Assembly: GCA_040005235.1 (NCBI GenBank)
Contig: JBDTZG010000014.1
Location: 1 to 64,000, forward strand
Source: Acidobacteriota bacterium
GTDB lineage: Bacteria > Acidobacteriota > Thermoanaerobaculia > Multivoradales > UBA5704
Reading direction: 5' to 3'
Length of the DNA stretch: 64,000 nt
Shown here: positions 9,601 to 15,800 of the stretch, one piece after another
Layout of the letters: each line of letters begins with the position of its first letter
How positions within the stretch are numbered: position 1 is the stretch's first letter
Program-made: the position numbers and the translations under genes
Notes under the pieces: model-generated
What the model saw: only the letters and a program-made list of their open reading frames with translations
Told to the model about the DNA's origin: nothing
Database searches by the model: none

Positions 9601-11494
9601 TGTCGAACCGCAGCGCCGCGGGTTCGAAGACCTGCAGCGGCGAGCAGCCCTGCGCCGCCGGTCGGACGTCGGCGACTGGCTCTACGCTCCCTCCTGGCGT
9701 CAGTCCCCGCCGCCACGTCCGGCCGGCGAGATCGCCGCCGCCTCTTGGCTGCTGTTCCTCGATCGCCATGGGCTCGGGGACCTTCTCTCCGCCCGGCTGA
9801 CGGAGATGGGACAGCGGGTGGCGGCGGTGCGCCCGGGCGAGCGGGACCCTGGCGCCGTGCTGCGCGATCTCGGAGAGCTCCCGGACGTCATCGTTCACCT
9901 CGGGTGCGTGGACGACGGTGCCGAGGATGCGGCCGAGGAGGCGGGCTTCTACAGCCTGCTCGGCCTGGCCGGGGCTCTCGCCGAGCGCGGGGCGGGCAAG
10001 CCGGTGCGCCTCGAGGTCGTCACTTGCGGCGCGCAGGCGATCATCGGCGAGGAGCGAATCGATCCGGAGAAGGCTCTCGTCCTCGGGCCGGTCCGGGTCG
10101 TGCCGCAAGAGATCCCGAACGTCGCCTGCCGCGCCATCGACGTCGACCTGCCGGAGCGGGGGAGTCGGCGCGAGCGCGCGCAGGTCGATCGGCTCGCCGC
10201 GGACTTGCTCTCCGCCTTCGCCGCGCCGCCGCCGCCCACTGAGTACGCCGTGGCCTACCGCGGTGCGCAGCGCTGGGTGCAGGGCTTCGAGCCGGTCCCG
10301 CTGTCGGCGGGGCCCGGCCCGTTGCGGCCGGGCGGCGTCTACCTCATCACGGGCGGTCTGGGCGGCGTAGGCATGGCGCTCGCCGAGCACCTTGCGCGGA
10401 CGGTGCAGGCCAAGTTGGTCCTCGTGGGCCGTTCCCCCTTGGCGCCGCGCGAGATTCGCCGCCTCCAGGTCCTCAAGGAGCTGGGCGCGGAGGTCTTGGC
10501 GGCGAGCGCCGACGTCTGCGATCTCGTCGCCCTGCGCGCCGTGCTCGACGAGGCGCATCGGCGCTTCGGTCCGCTCCACGGCGCCATCCATGCCGCGGGT
10601 GTCGCGAGCGGCGGCATGATCCAGCTGAAGACCCGGGAGAGCGCGGCGGCGGTCCTCGCGCCCAAGGTACAAGGCACGCGGGTCCTCGCCGCGGCTTTGG
10701 AAGGGGAGCCGCTCGATTTCCTGGTGCTCTGCTCCGCCGTCAACTCGGTGCTCGGCGGCTTCGGGCGGGTGGATTTCTGCGCCGCGAGCGCCTTCCTCGA
10801 CGCCTTCGCCCTGGAGCGTTCGGGCGTGCGGGAGGGCTTGACGCTGGCGATCGACTGGGACACCTGGAGCGAGACCGGAGTGGTGGCGGAGGGCGAGCTG
10901 CCCCCGGACTTGGAGGAGGCGCGGCGGCGGAGCCTCGCCCACGGCATGGCGACGGCCGAAGCGATCGAGGTGTTCGACCGCGCTCTGGCGAGCGGCCTGC
11001 CGCGGGTGGTGGTCTCGACGCGCGACCTCATGGGTCTGCTCGAACGGCGCCCCACCGCCGCGGCGAGCGAGACGGCCGAAGTGCCACGCGTCACGGCCTC
11101 GCACGGCCGGCCGACGCTCTCCACTCCTTATGTGGCGCCCCAGGGCGAGATCGAGCCGGGGGTCGCCGCCGTCTGGGAGGAGTTTCTCGGCATCGGTGGG
11201 CTCGGCGCGCACGACAATTTCTTCGAGCTGGGAGGGCATTCGCTGCTCGCGACCCAGATCACCTCGCGCCTGCGCGATCGCTTCGACGCCGCGCTCTCGA
11301 TCGCCCGCTTCTTTGCCGAGCCGACGATCGCCGGGCTGGCCGCCACCTTTGCGAGCGCCGACCGGGCGGAGGGGATGGACACCGGGCGGGTGGGCCGCCT
11401 GCTCGAAGAGATCGAAGGGTTGTCGGAAGCGGAGCTTGACGCTCTGCTCGCCGCCGAGGAGAGCCTGGTCGAAAGCGAGCAGCTGGATGAGTGA
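605..11494 (+). CDS. Hybrid PKS-NRPS-PKS: KS-AT-ACP-C-A(Gly)-PCP-KS-AT(unusual)-KR(likely inactive)-ACP
   Basis: KS1 QTACSTS/HGTGT/GHLE; AT1 GHSIG and HAFH (malonyl); ACP GGHSL; C HHIVSDGWS; A code read as DILQLGMIWK (Gly type); KS2 QTACSTS/HGTGT/GHLD; AT2 GHSLG and VAAH; KR GGLGGVG but VDFCAAS in place of YxxxN; ACP GGHSL. Confidence 0.95.
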   Translation: MSPLDETDEESAPGNGIAIVGLAGRFPGSPTLPELWRNLRDGVECIFPISEADLEASGLPPETWKDPRYVRASPWLPGIDRFDARFFGFSPREATLLDPQHRLFLECAWEAFANAGYDPQGYAGAIGVYVGCQFNQYLLWNVLPNVASLHPAEIAGLRQLSDKDYLATRISYLLNLRGPSMAVQTACSTSAVAAHLACRSLLGYECDMALVGGVCLTVPHRAGYLYQKGGILSPDGHCRAFDAEAQGTVMGSGAGALVLKRLEDARADGDSIRAVIQGSAVNNDGSNKVGYTAPSVDSQAEAIAAAHDFAGFSPETISYIEAHGTGTPMGDPIEIAALNHAFRRGTERRGFCAVGSLKTNLGHLEAAAGVAGVIKTVLALENELIPPSLNCKTPNPEIDWATSPFFVNTAARAWPKGEAPRRAGVSSFGVGGTNAHLALEEAPERAPGSPSRPWQLLVLSTRTETALEIATAELAEHLSKSPEQSDLADAAYTLQIGRRAFAHRRIVVARDFADAAETLKSRDPKRVLSRREERADRPVAFLFPGQGTQHVGMARGLYEAEPTFRAEIDRCCEVLGADLRSLILGHGDDAAVRLERTANAQPALFVVEYALARLWMEWGIEPAAMLGHSIGEYVAACLAGVLSLEDALALVAARGRLMDGLPEGAMLSLPLPEAEVTAMLGSELSLAAVNAPSLSVVSGPIDAVAALREDLATRGIDARRLHTSHAFHSAMMDPALEAFGREVRKVRLNPPQRPYLSNLTGTWITAEEATDPEYWVRHLRGTVRFSAGLSELLRNKDLALLEVGPGRALSTLVRQHPDAAKSRATIQSQRPPRASQPETAEEPDQAYLPIALGRLWLAGARIDWRGFYARERRLRVPLPSHPFERQRYWIDPPRAAQAPAVSSLPDVLAVPAVLSVPAQPLGLFHPRPDLETPYAAPTHPTEQLLAEIWQQMLGLEPVGIHDSFFDLGGHSLMATQLVSRVRDRCGVELPLAAFFDGPTIAELAPLLAASGPLAIVPATIPRAPRDRPLPLSFAQARLWFLYQLDPANAGYNMPLALRVAGPLKPAVLERAIEEIVRRHEILRTTFRVSAGQPVQEIAPARPFALPVVAFEGVPGALEETKRLLRGQVRASFDLERGPLWRLCLLRLAPEDHAVVLAMHHIVSDGWSMGVLVRELGALYDAFSRGESSPLRPLPIQYADFAAWQRSELSGPALEERLAWWRDLLIGGRGELPVLELPLDRPRPPFQRFHGAKLPVVFPTGLTESLRGLGNRNGATLFMILLAGFETLLHRYTRQTDLVVGTPIAGRNRSEIEGLIGLFLNNLPLRANLSNTPSFIELLAQVRETTLGAYGHQDLPFERLVEELKPRRDLARSPIFQVMLSLETAAAAPPEPSGASGLAWSRLPADIGASRYEWTFFLSDDGNDVRGILEYDTDLFDETTVCRAVGHLIRLLEAAADAPATSLSRLRLLSDDEERQLVVEWNDTARDNDLGASWRPTHVRIAEQAARAPKALAVTCDGETLTYAQLEARANRLARHLRALGVGPEVPVGIYLDRSLNLPVALLAVWKAGGAYLPLDPAYPKDRLSYMLEDSGAPLVLTEAGLLATVPPSRARIERIDLDSDESAIDPGVPTAPESLAYILYTSGSTGRPKGVQIPHGALINFLESMEVRPGLVASDRLLAVTSLSFDIAGLELFLPLLAGAEVEIASRALASDGPRLIARLAAATVLQATPSTWRLLLDAGWHGSAGLKALCGGEALPPKLAHEIAARAGSLWNMYGPTETTIWSAVRLVEPGMGESATPVSIGRPISNTTIYVVDSAFQPTPVGVPGELWIGGSGVARGYRGRPDLTAERFIPDPFSKVVGARLYQTGDLARWLGDGELEFLGRIDHQVKVRGYRIELGEIEAALEQHPALRAAVVVVREDTPGDPRLTAYAVAGGATVEGGELPPVLRRHLRAKLPEYMVPSAFVLLSALPLLPNGKVDRRSLPAPAVSAAPDTEPSKPSSAPKSRLEAIIADAWRAVLNVDRVSVQDNFFDLGGHSLLLAQVHLRLRESLPDDLGARLSMVELFQHPTIAALARHLRPEASLTLAEPGRLRAELRLGTHARRGSEIAIVGMSGRFPGAADVERFWHNLRLGVESISNFSDEELLGSGVDPDLFRGPHYINAKGIPDGIGWFDAGFFGYTPREAEIIDPQQRMFLEVAWEALENAACDPDRYPGSIGVFAGSGLNTYLINLYSNPELMAAVGGFQATISNDKDFLPTRVSYKLNLKGPSLNVQTACSTSLVAVHLACQHLLHGECDVALAGGATLYFPIKSGTTYHEGGILARDGHCRAFDERSQGTVVGNGVAAVVLKRLDDALADGDSIYAVIKGSAINNDGSVKVGYTAPSVEGQAAVISQAHSVAGVSPETIRYVEAHGTGTALGDPIEVRALSQAFRLGTAKLGFCGIGSVKSNIGHLDTAAGVAGLIKATLAVERGELPPSLHFERPNPALDLPNTPFYVVDRLTPWTADATPRRAGVSAFGIGGTNAHVILEQAPPAVPTGPARAHQLLVLSARTEAALDQATDNLARHLRERSEGAECPEPPLADVAFTLQVGRKVFAHRRTVVAETLEDAASALESRDPKRVLSQVQEAGDRPVVFLFAGGGAQYANMGLDLYRSEPVFREQVDLCLRLFEPHVDADLRRYLFPAPEEVEETAREIERTSIALPILFAVEVALARLWMSWGVAPQAMIGHSLGEYAVAHLSGVLALEDAVALVALRGRLFETLPEGGMLSVPLPEAEVLALLSMLFAESNRLSIALGDGLSIAAVNGPAFCVVSGPAAAIGQAREAFAARGIDARRLHIAVAAHSTVVEPILREFGDFVATLSLSPPAIPYISNVTGTWMTANDAADPQYWVRHLRQTVRFGDGIGELLKDGERIFLEVGPGQTLSMLVMQHPGRPSGQTVLHSLRHPQDRQSDAVFLLQALAKLWLAGAAVDWTGFHSGARRRRLRLPTYPFERRLFFVEPQRRGFEDLQRRAALRRRSDVGDWLYAPSWRQSPPPRPAGEIAAASWLLFLDRHGLGDLLSARLTEMGQRVAAVRPGERDPGAVLRDLGELPDVIVHLGCVDDGAEDAAEEAGFYSLLGLAGALAERGAGKPVRLEVVTCGAQAIIGEERIDPEKALVLGPVRVVPQEIPNVACRAIDVDLPERGSRRERAQVDRLAADLLSAFAAPPPPTEYAVAYRGAQRWVQGFEPVPLSAGPGPLRPGGVYLITGGLGGVGMALAEHLARTVQAKLVLVGRSPLAPREIRRLQVLKELGAEVLAASADVCDLVALRAVLDEAHRRFGPLHGAIHAAGVASGGMIQLKTRESAAAVLAPKVQGTRVLAAALEGEPLDFLVLCSAVNSVLGGFGRVDFCAASAFLDAFALERSGVREGLTLAIDWDTWSETGVVAEGELPPDLEEARRRSLAHGMATAEAIEVFDRALASGLPRVVVSTRDLMGLLERRPTAAASETAEVPRVTASHGRPTLSTPYVAPQGEIEPGVAAVWEEFLGIGGLGAHDNFFELGGHSLLATQITSRLRDRFDAALSIARFFAEPTIAGLAATFASADRAEGMDTGRVGRLLEEIEGLSEAELDALLAAEESLVESEQLDE
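3302..3355 (+). repeat. Degenerate 9-bp tandem repeat (about 6 units) in the AT1-ACP1 linker
   Basis: gccgtttcc/tcccttcct/gacgttctt/gccgtacct/gccgttctc/tcggtccct, encoding AVS SLP DVL AVP AVL SVP. T-rich third positions, unlike the flanking codons. Confidence 0.6.
8961..8997. repeat. In-frame hairpin (17-bp arms, 1 mismatch, 3-nt loop) inside AT2
   Basis: tcgccgagagcaatcga-ctt-tcgatcgctctcggcga. It coincides with about 14 extra residues (SMLFAESNRLSIAL) relative to AT1 of the same protein. Confidence 0.8.
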
Positions 11495-12860
11495 GACCGA
11501 GCGCGTGGGTGAGGCGGAGGTGCAGGGGATGCCCTCCGGCGCACCCGACCGGCCGCGGGGCATGCGGGACTTCCTGGTGCTCTGGATCGGGCAGGTCGTT
11601 TCGAGCCTGGGCTCGGGGCTGTCCGGCTTCGCGATCGGGGTGTGGACCTTCAAGCAGACCGGCTCGGCCACGGCGCTTTCGCTGATCACCCTGTTCGCCA
11701 CCCTGCCGAACTTCCTGCTCTCGCCGATCGCCGGCGCGCTGATCGACCGCTGGGGGCGGCGCTCGGTGCTGCTGATCAACAACTTCGGCTCCGGGGCGTG
11801 CACCCTCGCGATGGCGCTGCTCTACTGGACCGGCCGGCTGGAGCTTTGGCACGTCTATACCCTGGTGCTCGCGAGCCGCTGCTTCAACGTCTTTCAGCTT
11901 CCCGCCTTCTCCGCGACCACCGCGCTCCTGGTGCCGAAGCGACAGCTAGTGCGCGCCAATGGCATGGCCCTGCTGGGGCCGGCGGCGGGACAGATCGCCG
12001 CCCCTCTGCTCGCCGCGGCGCTGATGGGGGTGATCGGGGTTGGGGGGGTCGTCTTCCTCGACTGCAGCTCGTTCCTGTTCGCCGCAGTTACCCTGCTCGC
12101 GATCAAAATCCAACGCCCCGCGATCTCGTCGGCCGGCCAAGAAGGGCGGGGATCGCTGCTCTTCGAGTCGTTCTACGGCTGGACCTTTATCCGCAAACGG
12201 CCCGGCCTGCTGGGCCTGTTGCTGTTCTTCGCCTTCGCCAACTTCTGCCTCTCGGTGGTGCAGATCCTACTCACGCCGTTGGTGCTGTCGTTCGCCTCGA
12301 CCCAGACGCTCGCCGCGGTGCTGACCTCCGGCGCGGCCGGCGGCATCGCGGGCGGCCTCGCGCTGGGGGTGTGGGGCGGTGGCCGCTCGCTACGCCGAAT
12401 TCCGATCATCTTGAGCTTCACCGTGCTTCAGGGCGCAATGCTGCTGCTCGGCGGCCTGCGCCCGAGCGCGCTGCTGGTGGCCGCCGCCACGTCGATCGCG
12501 CTGTTCGCGGCGCCGGTGATCCGCGGTTCGAGCGAGGCGATCTGGCAGAGCAAGGTGCCCCAGGATCTCCAGGGCCGGGTCTTCGCGATCCGCCGGATGA
12601 TTGCGGGCGTTGCGTTTCCGCTCGCCGGGGCGGCGGCCGGGCCGCTCGCCGACCGGGTCTTCGGGCCGCTTCTGATGCCCGGCGGGCCGCTCGCCGACAG
12701 CGTCGGCCGCCTGCTTGGCACCGGGCCGGGCCGAGGGATCGGCCTGCTGTTCATGATGCTCGGGGTGCTCACCCTGCTGTCGGTCGCGGTGATCGCCCGG
12801 ATCCGGTCGGTGCGCAAAGTGGAGACCGAATTGCCGGATCTGCTGGAGTTTTCTCGGTGA
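11487..12860 (+). CDS. MFS transporter (DHA3/macrolide-efflux-like), probable product exporter
   Basis: Multiple hydrophobic helices; FLVLWIGQVVSSLGSGL; motif A GALIDRWGRR; QSKVPQDLQGRVFA. ATG at 11487 overlaps the upstream stop. The ORF-track start at 11130 lies inside the PKS gene. Confidence 0.92.
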   Translation: MSETERVGEAEVQGMPSGAPDRPRGMRDFLVLWIGQVVSSLGSGLSGFAIGVWTFKQTGSATALSLITLFATLPNFLLSPIAGALIDRWGRRSVLLINNFGSGACTLAMALLYWTGRLELWHVYTLVLASRCFNVFQLPAFSATTALLVPKRQLVRANGMALLGPAAGQIAAPLLAAALMGVIGVGGVVFLDCSSFLFAAVTLLAIKIQRPAISSAGQEGRGSLLFESFYGWTFIRKRPGLLGLLLFFAFANFCLSVVQILLTPLVLSFASTQTLAAVLTSGAAGGIAGGLALGVWGGGRSLRRIPIILSFTVLQGAMLLLGGLRPSALLVAAATSIALFAAPVIRGSSEAIWQSKVPQDLQGRVFAIRRMIAGVAFPLAGAAAGPLADRVFGPLLMPGGPLADSVGRLLGTGPGRGIGLLFMMLGVLTLLSVAVIARIRSVRKVETELPDLLEFSR

Positions 12861-15800
12861 GCGCCGCGGACGATCTCGCCCGGCGCCTCGCCGCGCTGCC
12901 GGAGAAGCAGCGGCGGCTGCTGGAGCTGCGCCTGGCCCGCGAGCGCAAGGAGGAGCCGGCAAGCGGCTCGATCCCGACGCAGCCGCGCGACGGACGCCGG
13001 TTCCCGCTCTCACCCGCTCAAGCGCGGCTCTGGTTCCTCGACCGCCTGGAGCCCGGCAGCCCCTGGTACAACATGGCCCTGCCGCTGCGCCTGACCGGAC
13101 CGCTGGACGCCGCGGCGCTCGCGGCCTCGCTCGCCGAGGTGGAGCGCCGCCACGAGGTGCTACGCACCACGTTCGCGTTGGACGGCGAGGGGAGCGCGGT
13201 CCAGGGCGTCGGCGCGCCGGCCGGCCTGCCGCTCCCCGCGGTCGCCCTCTTGGCGCTGCCGCCCGCCGCGCGCGGGCTTGAGCTCAAGCGCTTGCTGGCT
13301 GCTCCGGTCCGGCGGCCGTTCGACCTCGCGAGCGGGCCGCTGATGCGCGCCCTCTTGGTCTCGACCGCCGAGTCCGAGCACGCGTTCCTGCTCTCCATGC
13401 ACCACATCGTTTCGGACGGCTGGTCGCTCGGCGTCCTGGTCCGGGAGCTGGCTGTCCTCTATCAGGCTTTCTCGCGGCGCCTGCCGTCGCCGCTCGCCTC
13501 GCTGCCGATTCAGTACGCGGATTTCGCGGTCTGGCAACGTGGCCTGCTCGCCGGGCCGTTTCTCGCGGAGCTTCTCGCCTACTGGCGCCGCCAGCTCGAT
13601 GGCGCGCCCCCGCTGGTGGCTCTCGCCACCGACCGGCCGCGCCCGGCGGTCCAGACGTTTCACGGCGCCACCTGGACGTTCGCGCTGCCGCCGGGGACCG
13701 CGACCTCGGTCCACGAGCTCTCCCGCCGCGCGGGCGCAACCCCGTTCATGACCCTGCTGGCCGCGTTCCTCGCGCTGCTCCATCGCCATTCCGGTCAGGA
13801 CGACCTAGCAGTGGGCTCACCGATCGCCAACCGCGGCCGGGCGGAGCTAGAAGATTTGATCGGCTTCTTCGTCAATACCCTGGTGCTGCGCGCCGATCTC
13901 TCCGGCGATCCCGGATTTGACGCGTTGCTGCGCCAAGTCAAGACGCTCGCGACCGGCGCGTATGGGCATCAGGATCTGCCGTTCGAAATGCTGGTCGAAG
14001 AGCTGGCGCCGGAACGCGAGCTGGCGCATGCGCCGCTGTTCCAGGTGATGTTCGTGCTGCAGAACGCCCCGTCCCCGGCGCTCGACCTCTCCGGGCTGAC
14101 ACTCGCGCCGCTGCCGGCAAGGAGCGGCACGTCGAAGTTCGACCTCACGCTTTTCCTCTGGGAAGGGCAGAACGAATTCGGCGGCACCTTCGAGTACAAC
14201 ACCGACCTGTTCGACCCGGCGACGATCGTCCGCTTGGCGGACGGCTTCGCGCTCCTGGTGGGCGGCGCTCTCGCCGATCCTCAGTGCCGGGTCTCGGAGC
14301 TGCCGCTCTTGAGCCCCGCGGAGCGGCACCGCCTGCTCGTCGAGGCCGGCGATACGGCGCCTAGCTTCCGTGTAGATTCCGGACTCACCCGTCTTCACCA
14401 TCCCTTCGAGCGCCAAGCAACGGCGACGCCCGACGCGATCGCCCTAGTGGCCGGCGGGCGGCGGCTGAGCTATCGGGATCTCGACATCCGCGCCAACCGG
14501 CTCGCCCATCGCCTGCGCGGCCTCGGGGTCGGAGCGGAGAGCCCGGTCGGGATCGCGATGCGCCGCTCGGCCGAGCTGGTGGTGACGATCCTCGCGGTCT
14601 TGAAGGCGGGAGGCGCCTACGTGCCGCTCGATCCCGAGTATCCCGCCGAGCGCCTCGCCTTCATCCTCGAAGACTCCCGCGCAAAGGTGCTGATCGTCGA
14701 CGCGATGGACGCTAACGACGCGGGAAGCGGCGCGCGACGTATCTGCCCGGCCGCCGAGCAGGAGGCGCTCGCCGCGCTACCGGCGTCGCCACCCGCGCTC
14801 GCCGAACCCGCCGGGATCGCCTACGCGATCTACACCTCCGGCTCGACCGGCCGCCCGAAGGGGGTCGCGATCGAGCACCGGAGCGCCCTCCTCTTTCTGC
14901 ACTGGGCGCGCGAGGCCTTTTCGCCGGAGGAGCTGGCGGGAGTTCTGTTCTCGACGTCGATCTGTTTCGACCTGTCGATCTTCGAGTTGTTCGCGCCGCT
15001 TTCGTGGGGCGGCCGGATCGTCCTGGTCGAGGACGCGCTCGCTCTCGCCGGTCTGCCCGCGGCGGACGAATTGACGCTGATCAACACGGTCCCCTCGGCG
15101 ATCTCCGAGCTTCTCCGGCTGGGCCCATTGCCGCGCTCGGTGCGGACTGTGAACCTCGCCGGAGAGGCGCTCCCGCGCGCTCTCGCGGACCGGGTGTACG
15201 CCGAGCCGGGAGTGGCCCGGATCTACGACCTCTACGGACCGTCGGAAGATACGACCTATTCGACCTACGCCCTGGTCGTCCGGGGCAGCAGCCAAGAGCC
15301 CGCGATCGGCCTACCCCTGCCGGGGACCCGCGTCTACCTGCTCGACCGGCAGCTTCATCCGGTGCCGCTCGGGGCGTCCGGCGAGCTGTGTCTCTCCGGC
15401 GAGGGCTTGGCGCGAGGCTACCTGGGTCGTCCCGCTCTCACCGCGGAGAGATTCCTTCCCGATCCCTTCGGCGGCGGTCGTGATTTTGTTTGCCTCCTCG
15501 CTCCTTCGGGCGCCTTCGGCAGCAGCCAGTCGCTGCGGGGCAAACAAAACCACGACCTTGGTGGAGAAAGGGGGGGGCGCCTCTATCGCACCGGCGACCT
15601 GGCGCGCTGGCTGCCCGACGGCAACCTCGCCTATCTGGGCCGGCTCGACCACCAGGTGAAGATCCGCGGTTTCCGTATCGAGCTGGGGGAGATCGAGACC
15701 GCCCTGCGCGCCCATCCGGCCGTTCGCGAGGCGGCGGTCACCGCGGGGGCCGGCCCGAGCGGCGAGCAGCGCCTGGTGGCCTACGTCGTCCAGGACCAAG

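Noticed and set aside
11130-12856. N-terminal extensions of ORFs 11130-12860 and 11642-18391, suggesting overlapping or fused genes
   Set aside because: The extensions are low-information translations of neighbouring genes in other frames. Coupled starts at 11487 (ATG) and 12857 (GTG) give clean proteins.
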